Program-made: the position numbers and the translations under genes
Part shown: positions 16,811-27,026 of the stretch, piece after piece
Layout of the letters: each line of letters opens with the position of its first letter
Position numbering within the stretch: the first letter of the stretch is position 1
IMG/VR virus record: IMGVR_UViG_3300010885_014582
Location: 1 to 64,000 of that record
DNA from: a virus
Length of the DNA: 64,000 nt
Direction: 5' to 3' (one strand)
Notes under the pieces: generated by a model
What the model was told of the DNA's origin: nothing
Seen by the model: the letters and a program-made list of their open reading frames with translations, nothing else
The model's database searches: none

Positions 16811-17136
16811 TACTCGCCAACCATTTCTACAAAATCATCTTCTACAAGAACTACATACCGACGACCAGCAAGGTCAAACTGCAACACGGGTGTGCGGTCT
16901 TCTGTGATGGCTCGCTCAATTAATTCACGAAGGTCAACTTCTTTTAAGGTGATTGACTTCTTGTTGATAGTCAGTTTGTTTTCAAATAGAAACTCTGTTG
17001 AACGAACATCATTCTTCCGCAACCAACCACTACCAGAACCTGCATTGCGACTACCCTTGTAGGTGTTGGCTGTGCGCTGTTCCTGTTTCTTGGATTGCTT
17101 CATGATACTGCGCTTTTCATCAGCGCCAAAGGTCAT
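16810..17136 (-). CDS. PD-(D/E)XK nuclease/resolvase-like protein
   Basis: QEQR.A...GSGSG..RKNDV...FENK. Confidence 0.65.
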   Translation of the reverse strand: MTFGADEKRSIMKQSKKQEQRTANTYKGSRNAGSGSGWLRKNDVRSTEFLFENKLTINKKSITLKEVDLRELIERAITEDRTPVLQFDLAGRRYVVLVEDDFVEMVGE

Positions 17137-18152
17137 GATTCAATACCGTACTTAGCGAATACTTCTCCTCGAAGTTTTGCTTGGAGACCAAGGTCTTCAC
17201 GGACACCATCAAGGACTTTGTCTTTGCCTTGCCACTTCTGTCCGTCATACGAATAGAAGGCACCAGCACGCTCGATAAGACCAGAGGCAATACCAATGTT
17301 GACCATGTCCTTGACAACATCAAAAGATCCAAATGAATAGTTCTCGGAGTCAGCAAAGTAGAAGTCAATTACTGCACTCTGCTGTGGACGATGTGTCTTG
17401 TTCTTAATGGTGCGACCCTTAATGGTCTGACCTACGGTCTCGTCCTTTTCTTTGAGCCACTCATCACGCTTAACTTCTACACGGCAGAAGTAATGGAAGT
17501 TCTTTGCCTTGCCACCTGGAGTTGTACGGTTGTCTCCCCACATGACACCAATCTTCTCACGCCACTGGTTAATGATAAGACCAGTACAACCACGGTCTTC
17601 ATTAACAAGAGAGCGCTTCTGAGACTTAGACGACTTACGAAAGAACTTGCCAGTAAGACGGGCACCAAGACCTACAGTGAACTCTTCCATCATCTTTTCT
17701 GCCTCTGCGTCTGGAACAAGAGCAGGCAATGAGTCAATAACAATCATGTCTACTGCACGGTTATCCAACGCACGGATAGCAAGGTCATACACCTGCTCCA
17801 TGATGTTGTTCTCAACAATCCAAAGACGGTCAAGATCTACACCAATTGATTGTGCATACTGAGGGACAAAGTCTTCAGCCGCAATCCACATAGCGCAAAA
17901 GTCTGGGTCAAGTGCTTGGTTAGCCGCAATGGTCTTGTATGCCATAGCAGTCTTACCTGAGGACTCTTCTCCAATGATTTCACTCCACTGGTTTACAGGC
18001 CAACCTCCGCCAAGCATGAGGTCATAGGACAGTACACCTGTAGTGATGCGTGGGATTAACTCACGAACATCAGATCCTTTTACAATCGTTCCTACACCGT
18101 TCTTCTTATTGATAGATGCAATTATTGATTGTAATGATTCGTAGTCTGACAT
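17133..18152 (-). CDS. recA: RecA recombinase
   Basis: ITTG.LSYD.MLGGG.P, Walker A GEESSGKT, Walker B IVIDS, INQWR.KIG, TPGG. Confidence 0.95.
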   Translation of the reverse strand: MSDYESLQSIIASINKKNGVGTIVKGSDVRELIPRITTGVLSYDLMLGGGWPVNQWSEIIGEESSGKTAMAYKTIAANQALDPDFCAMWIAAEDFVPQYAQSIGVDLDRLWIVENNIMEQVYDLAIRALDNRAVDMIVIDSLPALVPDAEAEKMMEEFTVGLGARLTGKFFRKSSKSQKRSLVNEDRGCTGLIINQWREKIGVMWGDNRTTPGGKAKNFHYFCRVEVKRDEWLKEKDETVGQTIKGRTIKNKTHRPQQSAVIDFYFADSENYSFGSFDVVKDMVNIGIASGLIERAGAFYSYDGQKWQGKDKVLDGVREDLGLQAKLRGEVFAKYGIES

Positions 18153-18153
18153 T

Positions 18154-18537
18154 TTATCCTCTTGGTGTTGCTTGATCGTACATGCCGTTCCAACCACACT
18201 CGTAACAACGAGGGGCTGGTGAATGACCGTTGATCATAGAATTAGAACCTCGACCTGTTCGTGAAAATACATAAATACTTCCGCAGTCGGGGCAGGTCAT
18301 GTTACCTTCTTTACGCATGGCTTCACCACCTTTCCATAGACGAAGTGCTTCACCCATAGTCAAGTTTTCAGTAGGTGCCCGATTAGGGTCAAGAACATCT
18401 TGCCGTTCAGCCTGCATAGGTGATGACATAGGGACAGACGCTGGAATGTGCACAGGTGCAGACAACGGAGGAGTTTGGTAAGTCCGTTGTGGTGTAGGTT
18501 GTTGACCACCAAGTTTTTTTGTCCACCAATCAGTCAT
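18154..18537 (-). CDS. zinc-ribbon hypothetical protein
   Basis: CPDCGS...RCYECG. Confidence 0.6.
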   Translation of the reverse strand: MTDWWTKKLGGQQPTPQRTYQTPPLSAPVHIPASVPMSSPMQAERQDVLDPNRAPTENLTMGEALRLWKGGEAMRKEGNMTCPDCGSIYVFSRTGRGSNSMINGHSPAPRCYECGWNGMYDQATPRG

Positions 18538-18880
18538 CGTACATTCCATCCTCTTCTTCCATAACCAATATTATTTTTTCAGAATCTAGCAATTTGTTAA
18601 TAAGTGAAACACCATGCGATACCAGTATTCTGTGAAAACTATCTTCGTCGTCTGTTTCGATCTCGCCCATGTCGTGCAGTTCACAGAACCAATCAGACGC
18701 TTCAAGTACTTCTTCTAGAAGTCCCATAGTAGTCATTAATGCCCACCGAGCAATAATTTCGTAAGTCTCTGCTTCCCTGACTTCTTCTGAGGGTGTTGAG
18801 AACCCAACAGTGTCAGCAAACTCTTGACCAAGTGCTGGAGACAGCATGAGGTAGTACATCCGCTTGTCAACTGCACTCAC
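18530..18880 (-). CDS. acidic hypothetical protein
   Basis: ORF coupled to polA (GTGA overlap). Confidence 0.55.
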   Translation of the reverse strand: MSAVDKRMYYLMLSPALGQEFADTVGFSTPSEEVREAETYEIIARWALMTTMGLLEEVLEASDWFCELHDMGEIETDDEDSFHRILVSHGVSLINKLLDSEKIILVMEEEDGMYDD

Positions 18881-20922
18881 TTGGCGTCTGCCCAACTATA
18901 TGCAGAGTCACAGGAAACCAAAAGGGGTACACCATCCATAACCCTGTTGTGCCCCATGGCATCCATGAATCGGGGCTTGAGTTCCTCTAAAATATCTTCA
19001 GGCACGGATACCACCAGTTCGTCATGTACTTGAACCAAAAGCGTAGCACCAGTTCCTTTCAGTAATTCTGCTATATCAACCATCGCTTGCTTACAGATAT
19101 CAGCGGCTGATCCTTGTACAACAGCGTTGACAGCCTGTCGTTCAGCACGAGATCGGGTGTACTCATCTGATGAACTGAGGTCTGCTAAACGGCGACGGCG
19201 ACCAGCAATGGTTGACACATACCCCTTGTTACGCCCTGTCTCAACAACTTGACGCTTCCATTCGGTAAGACCAGAGAACTGTTTGTAGTACTGGTCAATC
19301 ATTGCTCTAGCGTCATCAACTGAAATACCTGTGGTGTTTGCCAGTTTGTGCGGTCCACCACCATAAGCCGTAAGGAAGTTAACACCCTTACCGATCTGTC
19401 GCTCTTCATTAGTAACTTCATCTGCTGGCTTTTTAAACAGAAGAGCAGCAGCACCTGTATGAATGTCAATGTTGTTACTAAAGATCTTTAACATTTGTTT
19501 ATCTTGTGAGAACATCGCCATAACACGCAACTCAATCTGGTCGTAGTCCGCTACAAGAAGTTGGTGCCCCTCTGGAGCAACAAACAAACTTCTAATACTG
19601 GATGACCGTGGGATGTTCTGGAGGTTAGGGTTGCTAGATGACAAGCGCCCTGTAGCAGTACGGTGCAAGTGAAACGAGGGGTGAAGTTTGTGGTGGTTCA
19701 ACTTAGGTATCAATCCATCTACATAAGTGGATTTAAGTTTCTGCATTTCTGAGTACTGAAGAAGTAGCGGTATTACTGGATGCTCGTGCTTTAACTTCTG
19801 TAGGGACTCTTCATCTACCGACGGTGAACCTTTGGCAGTCTTCTTGACTGGCTTTAATGCCAGACCACCCTCACGCTTCTTGTTAAACAAAAGCGCCTGC
19901 TTATGAGGGTTTGAGTCAGGGTTGAAACCTACAAAGGCGTGCTCACTAATAGCCAGGATGATCTCACGAAGTTTTGAATCTAATTCTTTACCGAGAGACT
20001 TGAGTGCACGACTGTCTACCAAGATGCCATTGTCTTCCATCTCCATAAGTACACGCAAGACTTCGGAGTCTAGGAGAAATGCCGAGTGAAGGTCTTTGCG
20101 GAACCCAATGCCACGCCACAAGTGTGTGTAAAGCATCCAAGTCCAGCGAGCGTCAAGGTGTACATACCTGACTGCTTTATCAAAGGGTACTTGCTCGATG
20201 ATGGCACCAAGTTTTCCCTCACGACCATGGGAGTTAGTTTTGTAGTTGTACTTAACTACTTGCTCCATGGAGTAACTCATGAGGTTTTCATCAATGATGT
20301 GTTGCATCAAGATGGTGTCATAGAACGGACCATACGGCAATTCCCCGTAGTACTTACCAATGGAGCGAGCATCAAACTTAACATTGTGCCCGATCTTGAT
20401 CAGGTCACTAAAAAATATGGGGCGCAATGCCTCTAAGACATCAGTTCTATTTAATTGTTCTGGTGGGTCGGCATACACAGCAGGAATTACATACTTGTAC
20501 TTTGCCATGGACTCTTCACCGCTCTTGAGAAGTTTGCGGTAACCCTCTGGAGGAATGGTCGTGCCATCGCCAACTTCTTCTGGTATCAAAGTGATACCAA
20601 CACGATGACCCATGGGTATAGCCCACGAATGACCAGCAGTGGCTAATGAGATCCAAAAGACCTCATTGCGCTTAGGGTCTAATGCCAGACTCCCACGATA
20701 CCTAACCTCGATTGTTTCACGAGCCTTGCGGGCAATTTCTGGACTGGGGTTCTTCAGTTTCGATAGGTGTGTCTTCCACTCACTATCTATGAACTCAATA
20801 AGGTCAGGGTGTCGCTCCAAATTCCCACGGGTCTCCACATCGAAGACAAAAGACCCGTGGGCTTGGATAATACTTACGGCTTCCCGTATCTCATCAAGCG
20901 TTGTAACAACGCTGTAAGACAT
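18877..20922 (-). CDS. polA: family A DNA polymerase with 3'-5' exonuclease
   Basis: DVET, GHNVKFD, TATGRLSSSNPNLQNIP, DYDQIELR, KGVNF...YG, NAVVQGSAAD, QVHDEL. Confidence 0.95.
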   Translation of the reverse strand: MSYSVVTTLDEIREAVSIIQAHGSFVFDVETRGNLERHPDLIEFIDSEWKTHLSKLKNPSPEIARKARETIEVRYRGSLALDPKRNEVFWISLATAGHSWAIPMGHRVGITLIPEEVGDGTTIPPEGYRKLLKSGEESMAKYKYVIPAVYADPPEQLNRTDVLEALRPIFFSDLIKIGHNVKFDARSIGKYYGELPYGPFYDTILMQHIIDENLMSYSMEQVVKYNYKTNSHGREGKLGAIIEQVPFDKAVRYVHLDARWTWMLYTHLWRGIGFRKDLHSAFLLDSEVLRVLMEMEDNGILVDSRALKSLGKELDSKLREIILAISEHAFVGFNPDSNPHKQALLFNKKREGGLALKPVKKTAKGSPSVDEESLQKLKHEHPVIPLLLQYSEMQKLKSTYVDGLIPKLNHHKLHPSFHLHRTATGRLSSSNPNLQNIPRSSSIRSLFVAPEGHQLLVADYDQIELRVMAMFSQDKQMLKIFSNNIDIHTGAAALLFKKPADEVTNEERQIGKGVNFLTAYGGGPHKLANTTGISVDDARAMIDQYYKQFSGLTEWKRQVVETGRNKGYVSTIAGRRRRLADLSSSDEYTRSRAERQAVNAVVQGSAADICKQAMVDIAELLKGTGATLLVQVHDELVVSVPEDILEELKPRFMDAMGHNRVMDGVPLLVSCDSAYSWADAK

Positions 20923-21647
20923 CAGTTAGCGTCGGTCTGAACTTCAAGCGCTACTTCCACCAATGTCTTGCGAGATGGTGTACGGATGATGTCATCTGTG
21001 TAAGCGGTACCAGAGAAATGCTTGAGAGCATCTGCTGTTAGTGCTTCAAGGTTCCAATCGTTCAAGTCACCTTCACGAACCATCTGGTGGTTTGTTGAAG
21101 TGGTGGCTCCCTTACCACTACGAGACACTGTCCAGTAATGCTTAGACAACGGACCCATTGCTGGGTGATCGTTGAAGTTTTTAAGAGAGTCAATGACTCG
21201 TGCGCCTACTTCGTAAGAGCGGTTAACTGGTTCTTCATTAGGTGTCAAAAGAATGACATTGAAGTTGAAACGCCATGATGGACGGTTGCCTGCATCACAG
21301 AGTGGGCAAGTTACGCCTGCCTCTGCATCAGAGATGCATGTGAATGACATCTGACCTTTGCGCTCAATCCAGTGCTGGCGGTAGCGAGCATATGGCTGAT
21401 CCTCAATGAACTTAATGATCTGAATTTCGTCAGTCACTTTAAGACGCTTTGCAAATTCATCGCTACCACTGCTTGTGCGGTCGGAACTACCCCAACCACT
21501 ACGCACTACTTTGCGTGCTACTGGTGCTTCTTCTGCATCGTCGTTGTTTGGTCGTGCTGTGCGTGTTAGCCCAGTCGGTGCCGTTGCCTTTGTAGGTTCC
21601 GTGAACTCTTGTTCATCGTCCTCAAAGTCGCTATCCCATCGTCCCAT
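20922..21647 (-). CDS. single-stranded DNA-binding protein (gp32-like)
   Basis: RQHW...TC...CPLC...FNV...SRSGKG; acidic N-terminus; next to polA. Confidence 0.65.
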   Translation of the reverse strand: MGRWDSDFEDDEQEFTEPTKATAPTGLTRTARPNNDDAEEAPVARKVVRSGWGSSDRTSSGSDEFAKRLKVTDEIQIIKFIEDQPYARYRQHWIERKGQMSFTCISDAEAGVTCPLCDAGNRPSWRFNFNVILLTPNEEPVNRSYEVGARVIDSLKNFNDHPAMGPLSKHYWTVSRSGKGATTSTNHQMVREGDLNDWNLEALTADALKHFSGTAYTDDIIRTPSRKTLVEVALEVQTDAN

Positions 21648-21663
21648 AATTTGCTCTCCTATT

Positions 21664-22113
21664 TTATTTTGGCCAGTTAGCCTGTATGTGTGTGATGAAT
21701 GATACCCACTTGCTGGTGATTTGCCAACTTTTATTGCGGATACCAAGTAACTCGTTTAACTCAAGTGCCTGTAATACAACTTCGACTTGTTCACGAGAAT
21801 ATAGACGATACCCTTTTTGTTCAGCATTCACTACTTCCGCACCAGATGCTTTTGATGTTCTATAAGTTGGGGCAGGTATCCATCCCTTCCTTTCCCATTT
21901 ACGCACTGTTGGTGTTTTGCGCCCAACAATTTGAGCCAATGCGCCGATGGTATATAGATCAGTTGTTACACCCTTGATGGTTGCTACCCGTTTTGGCACG
22001 CCTATAAAAGGATCCTCATAGTGTTTTTCTGGAACACTGTCAGGTCTGTTTTTAGGTTTAGTTTTGCCTGGGTAGTTTGGAAGTTCTCCAAATACATCAA
22101 GGATGTCTTTCAT
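21664..22113 (-). CDS. MerR-type HTH DNA-binding protein
   Basis: YTIGALAQIVGRKTPTVRKWERKGWIP...RLYS. Confidence 0.8.
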   Translation of the reverse strand: MKDILDVFGELPNYPGKTKPKNRPDSVPEKHYEDPFIGVPKRVATIKGVTTDLYTIGALAQIVGRKTPTVRKWERKGWIPAPTYRTSKASGAEVVNAEQKGYRLYSREQVEVVLQALELNELLGIRNKSWQITSKWVSFITHIQANWPK

Positions 22114-22520
22114 GCTTTAAAAGCCCATGTTTCTTTTTCAATGTAAAACGCTTGGATAGTGTCTTCCAACTCTTTGTTGTTCCACGCCAACCCAAGTAGT
22201 TGATCTTCATCTAGGACTTCAATCACTTGTTTTACTTGATCCCAATGACCATTAGCAATAGCCCACTGCTTTGCAGAGTCAATGTCAAGGCTTCGAGAAA
22301 TACGACGCTCACGCTTTAATGACAAGTTTCCAACATTCAACCAAAGGTGTCCTTTGTCGTCAGTGGCACCAAACTCCTCGACAGCGTCAGAGAGTTCTTT
22401 TTTCATGCCGTTGGCACGCTTCTCGATATCAGCAATAGCGTCCTTGGTGCGTTTGTACTCTTCTGCAAGGCGCTCTAGATAACTAAAGTCTGGACCTTCT
22501 TCTCTTTGTACAACTCTCAT
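22110..22520 (-). CDS. hypothetical coiled-coil protein
   Basis: architecture resembles 3345-3734. Confidence 0.55.
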   Translation of the reverse strand: MRVVQREEGPDFSYLERLAEEYKRTKDAIADIEKRANGMKKELSDAVEEFGATDDKGHLWLNVGNLSLKRERRISRSLDIDSAKQWAIANGHWDQVKQVIEVLDEDQLLGLAWNNKELEDTIQAFYIEKETWAFKA

Positions 22521-22912
22521 CTTTTTATTATCCTCACTTTGCCAATGGTGGCTAAACCTTCTGTTGTAATACGACATTCTTGCTGAAGTTTTCCAGCCGT
22601 GCCTCGACGCTTAATACCTGTCCACTCAATGAGACCTAGTTTTCTCAACTTGTTACATTTTGTCCAATACTCTGTGTGACGGTCATCAACAATCCCACAC
22701 TCAATAGCCACTTCTTCATCAGTCATTGGTTTGATTGCGTACACCTCTAGCATACTGGTGTATAACCCAGTCCTATCTACCAACTTACTGTAAGACAATC
22801 TGGAAGTTTCTTGAGTAGTTACATTTTTCTTTTTACGAAGTTTTTCTTTAAGAATCATATTTTCTTTTTGAAGTTCTGCAACAAGGTTTTGTAACTCTGA
22901 ATTAGTAGACAC
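22517..22912 (-). CDS. winged-HTH hypothetical protein
   Basis: MTDEEVA...LRKLGLIE.TG..R...ITTEG. Confidence 0.55.
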   Translation of the reverse strand: MSTNSELQNLVAELQKENMILKEKLRKKKNVTTQETSRLSYSKLVDRTGLYTSMLEVYAIKPMTDEEVAIECGIVDDRHTEYWTKCNKLRKLGLIEWTGIKRRGTAGKLQQECRITTEGLATIGKVRIIKR

Positions 22913-24456
22913 TAGACCTCTGTGTTTTTCAGAAAGTCGGACAGGGTGCCCAACGAGAGTTCAAACTTACCTTGGTTGTCATAGTTTCCATCAAGGAATG
23001 CAGAGTTAATTCCACGCTTCTGCATGAGCATCTCATACTGTCGTTCTTCAATAGATCCCTTCATTACGAATGCTGTAATTGTGACATGGGGGTGTGTCGA
23101 GGATAAACGGATTATTCGGGCTTCTCTTTGGTCCAGTTTTCCAGCCGACCAAGGGAGATCGAAAGAGATAAGGTAATTGGCCTGTGGTAAGTCCACCCCG
23201 TAACCTCCCGCATCAGAGGATAAAAAGAGCCGAACGCCATCCTCGGTTGCGAACTTTTGCTTTGCAGTGTCTCTCGCACTTGCGTCCATTCCACCCATGA
23301 AGAGTACGCTCTGCGTAAATCCCTGAGTTGCTTCCTGGATAATCCGTAGGTTCTTTTTAAAGAACGAGAATAGAACCACTTTGTTATTTGGGTCTTCATC
23401 TAATACATCCTTAATATAATTAATGACGGCATCTAATTTGGGTGCCTTACTACTCGTGGAGAGCCATCCTGCTCTGACAATTTGTGAAGCGTATTGACTA
23501 CCTGTTGTCGTTTGCGAAGGATCATCAAATGCTTTCGCAGATTCCACAACCAGATTAGGATTGTCACAGAGCATACGCAATACAGTAAGCCGAGCCATGA
23601 TTTGACCTTGTGCATCATTTCCTCCTGCACCGTTGTAATGCGACCACAAGTCAAAGCCTTGACCATGACTAGTGATTGCTTTATTAATTTCATTTAATAA
23701 GTCTTTGCTTATTTTCTCATATGCTGAGGCACCTGCACTGTCAAACACCACAGGGATTACTTGTGTGATTACATTAGGCAATTGATCAGCAATATCTTCT
23801 CTAGTCTTCCTTACCATTACTTCAGATAAAGAATCATTTAAAGAATTTAAATTGCGGTACCGAATTGGTGCACCGTAGTGATTGCGGACAATAAAGGTTC
23901 TATCGAAGACATCAAACCGTCCTAGAACATTTGCATCTACAAACTCCATTATTGAAAATAACTCTTCTGGTCTGTTCTCAATAGGTTGACCTGTCAAAGC
24001 AAAGCGGTACTGAAACTTCTTACCCAACTTCTTGAGCATCTTTGAACGCTTGGCACGGGGTGACTTGATGATGGTTGCCTCGTCAATGACAATGGCATTT
24101 GCTTTTAGAGAAGTTAAATAAGATTGGTCATTAAGCAAAGTCTCTGGGTTAACAATGACATAACGACAACGAAGAGCAGTGCGCCAAATAATTTCCCGTT
24201 GCTTTGGGGAACCATCAATCACGCAAGCGGTTGAGTTAGTAAACTTCTTTATTTCACGAAGCCATTGGTACTTGAGACTGCTTGGAACAACAATGAGGAC
24301 TTTGTCCAGTTCTCCCATAGCAAACAATTCTTCTAATGCAGAAATGGTGGTTACAGTCTTACCAGCACCCATAACCATGGCGAGAAGCATCTGCCCCTTG
24401 TCAACCATCCGTTGGCTGGCTTCTTCTTGAAATGGGTAAAGAGTTCCTAGAAACAT
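22912..24456 (-). CDS. SNF2-family helicase
   Basis: MGAGKT, DEAT, LTGQPIEN, GGYGVDL, QREARI. Confidence 0.9.
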   Translation of the reverse strand: MFLGTLYPFQEEASQRMVDKGQMLLAMVMGAGKTVTTISALEELFAMGELDKVLIVVPSSLKYQWLREIKKFTNSTACVIDGSPKQREIIWRTALRCRYVIVNPETLLNDQSYLTSLKANAIVIDEATIIKSPRAKRSKMLKKLGKKFQYRFALTGQPIENRPEELFSIMEFVDANVLGRFDVFDRTFIVRNHYGAPIRYRNLNSLNDSLSEVMVRKTREDIADQLPNVITQVIPVVFDSAGASAYEKISKDLLNEINKAITSHGQGFDLWSHYNGAGGNDAQGQIMARLTVLRMLCDNPNLVVESAKAFDDPSQTTTGSQYASQIVRAGWLSTSSKAPKLDAVINYIKDVLDEDPNNKVVLFSFFKKNLRIIQEATQGFTQSVLFMGGMDASARDTAKQKFATEDGVRLFLSSDAGGYGVDLPQANYLISFDLPWSAGKLDQREARIIRLSSTHPHVTITAFVMKGSIEERQYEMLMQKRGINSAFLDGNYDNQGKFELSLGTLSDFLKNTEV

Positions 24457-25346
24457 TAGATCCACCAAGGGATGACTGATGCGTTAACTACGGCTTCTTC
24501 AATCTCTGTGTCGGTCATGTCACCAATGTCCTTGGCTTTTGTATGTGAGTACTTGAGCCAGAACATCCCACCTTTTAGCAGGGGCATGTCTTTAAATATT
24601 TTCTTTGCGCTGGCAATCCCTGCCTCGTCGTTGTCCATAGCAATAATGATCTTGTCAGCAACACCATAGGCGGTCTGTAATTGTTTCTTAGTCACCTGTG
24701 CACCAAAAGTAGCAAGGCATTGGATACCTGCAAAGGATGAAGCAAAGCGAACAACATCAAGAGGTGACTCAACAAGTATTGCTGTCTGTGAGTTAAAACG
24801 CTCAATGCCAAACAGGGTGTCACCTTTTCGAACTCCTGTTGGATGGTTATAGGTAAACCCTGAACCCTTTTCTTGCCACCCCATCAACTCACCATCTGGA
24901 GAAACCATTGGGATGATCCATGACTTGTTGCTCTCATTCCACCTAAGACCATGTATTCGTGCGGCGTCAGTAGTGATCCCTCGGCTGTCTAAGCGACCTT
25001 TAGGCACCTCTTGGTAGTGTAGGTACATCTGGTGGTCAACATCTGGTCTGCGCTCTTCCTTAGGGACAAGAAGTCGTTCAACATTATTGTTCATGATCAT
25101 TTCTGTTACTGCAAAATCTTCTTTGCCAGTAAGTTCCATAATCAATTGTGGAAGTGTCCCTCGTGCACCGCAGGCGTAACAAATCCATAAACCTGTCTCA
25201 GCATTCATAGACCATGAAGGTGAGTTGTCTTCTTTGCCAGTCCGTGCCAAGTGCACTGGACAACGACCAGATATTTCTTGACCAGAGCGACGAATGTCAA
25301 CTCCAATAGACATCAAAAGATCTGTTATGTCAGTAGTACCAGCCAT
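24456..25346 (-). CDS. DNA primase (zinc finger + TOPRIM)
   Basis: CPVH...CYACG; LVESPLD; MDNDEAG; KDIGD. Confidence 0.9.
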   Translation of the reverse strand: MAGTTDITDLLMSIGVDIRRSGQEISGRCPVHLARTGKEDNSPSWSMNAETGLWICYACGARGTLPQLIMELTGKEDFAVTEMIMNNNVERLLVPKEERRPDVDHQMYLHYQEVPKGRLDSRGITTDAARIHGLRWNESNKSWIIPMVSPDGELMGWQEKGSGFTYNHPTGVRKGDTLFGIERFNSQTAILVESPLDVVRFASSFAGIQCLATFGAQVTKKQLQTAYGVADKIIIAMDNDEAGIASAKKIFKDMPLLKGGMFWLKYSHTKAKDIGDMTDTEIEEAVVNASVIPWWI

Positions 25347-26586
25347 CAGTCCCATCCCTGCTCTCCTCCCCAACTTCGGTGAAGTCCATTGTGTCCCAAT
25401 CCCACTTAATTCGAATCTCACCCTTAGGTGCTGTTCGTGCTAGTACAACACGGACAATCGCTTGGTTGTCAATATCTGGGTCTGACTCCACACCCAAGAT
25501 TAGGTCAGAGTCTTGTGCGAAAGATGATGTGTAACCAATCGAGTCAGCAGAAATCTGTCGTGACTTCTTGTTACCAAGTTTCCATGACAGTACCTGTGTT
25601 GTACCGATCAAGGGAACATCAAACTTCTGTGCCAAACGCTTTAGTGATCGAGTGATGTTAGTGAGTGCTTGTGGGCTTCCCTTAGGCTCACCGTTCTCAT
25701 CGTCCATGAGGTACACACCGTCGACGATTACTAAACCTGGACGATACTGCTGTATCTTTCCAGCGATGGCGCTAACAGTTGTAAGAGATGATGCATCTTC
25801 TGTCATGATGAATGGGTGCATGTTCTTGCGGACTTTAATAGCCTTCTCGATGCGCTCAAGTTCTTGCATACTTAAATCACCACGCATGATTCGTGTGTGT
25901 GATACGCCAGCAACAATTGCGTCGTAACGAGCCTCTTGCTCTTCAATACTCATTTCAAAAGAAACATACATTGGAGTGATGCCGTGGTTGTGAGCCGCAT
26001 TAGCCATGATGAGTGTCATCAATGACTTACCCTTCTTTGCTTCACCAACAAAGGTAATAAGTTGCTGTGGTCGGAACCCTGCGGTGATTCTATCCAACCC
26101 ACTAAAGCCAGATGGAATACCACGCAATGAGTTTGGTGTGTCACGCATGATCCTGTAACGCTCAATACGCTTTTCCCATGTTTGGATAATGTCAACATCA
26201 CGAAGGTGTGCAACTTCTAGTGCTGCTTTTTGCAATCCTTCAGAAAGAATCTTTGCGGCTTCATCAGTGTTCTGATTATTCAGTGATGGTGTAGCCGCAG
26301 TAACAGCAAGCACAAGGTGCTTGTGTTTGTAAGCCATGTACAACTCATCAATGAGTCGTGGGAATGGCTCTGCTTCAGCATTAAGTAGTTGTAAGTCTGC
26401 AAACTCTTGTTTGATAACACGAGGTGTCGGTACTGCGCTGTACTCACGCCAGTAGGAGAGTATCCATAAGAAGACATTCCCTAACTCAGAGTTGAAGTGG
26501 TCTGCCCTAACACCTGCTTCAATGACTTCACCAACGCTGGCTGTTTGGATTATCTTGCTTAATAGAAGATGCTCACTACTCGCCAT
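25330..26586 (-). CDS. dnaB: DnaB-like replicative helicase
   Basis: GIPSGF..LD..T.G, GEAKKGKS, SFEMS, IVDG, LKRLA, QDSD. Confidence 0.92.
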   Translation of the reverse strand: MASSEHLLLSKIIQTASVGEVIEAGVRADHFNSELGNVFLWILSYWREYSAVPTPRVIKQEFADLQLLNAEAEPFPRLIDELYMAYKHKHLVLAVTAATPSLNNQNTDEAAKILSEGLQKAALEVAHLRDVDIIQTWEKRIERYRIMRDTPNSLRGIPSGFSGLDRITAGFRPQQLITFVGEAKKGKSLMTLIMANAAHNHGITPMYVSFEMSIEEQEARYDAIVAGVSHTRIMRGDLSMQELERIEKAIKVRKNMHPFIMTEDASSLTTVSAIAGKIQQYRPGLVIVDGVYLMDDENGEPKGSPQALTNITRSLKRLAQKFDVPLIGTTQVLSWKLGNKKSRQISADSIGYTSSFAQDSDLILGVESDPDIDNQAIVRVVLARTAPKGEIRIKWDWDTMDFTEVGEESRDGTDGWYY

Positions 26587-27026
26587 TATGGTGTCCATGC
26601 TTTGTCAGGGCTAACAACCGTGGATCTAATTCCAAGAGTGAGAGCAGTTTCTTCGTCCGAAGTGTAGATGATACGGACTGCTCGTTGGAAACGCAAATCA
26701 TATTCAAGTAATTCTGGAGATTCATAAAAGTACACAGGGCAATTAATGCCTTTGCGAACTAACCATCTGTCAATTGCGTCAACAGCATCAGCATCTGTAA
26801 AAGTGTAAATATCTGTACCAAGACCAAGACGGTTAACAGAGTCAGATAATGCTCTCAATGGCATATCGTTTGGTTCCCACAAACGAAAGACTGCGTCCCA
26901 GTTATTGCGACGGCGTTGAATAGTTTCAAGTATTGCTTTAGCACCTTCTGGTGGTGTTGCAAGTAACCCGTCAAAGACAACGCCTTGTGCAATTGCAGCA
27001 TATTCTGAGATGTCGTTACCCAGCAT
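26586..27026 (-). CDS. HAD-fold-like hypothetical protein
   Basis: VVFDGLL; coupled to the replication genes. Confidence 0.45.
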   Translation of the reverse strand: MLGNDISEYAAIAQGVVFDGLLATPPEGAKAILETIQRRRNNWDAVFRLWEPNDMPLRALSDSVNRLGLGTDIYTFTDADAVDAIDRWLVRKGINCPVYFYESPELLEYDLRFQRAVRIIYTSDEETALTLGIRSTVVSPDKAWTP

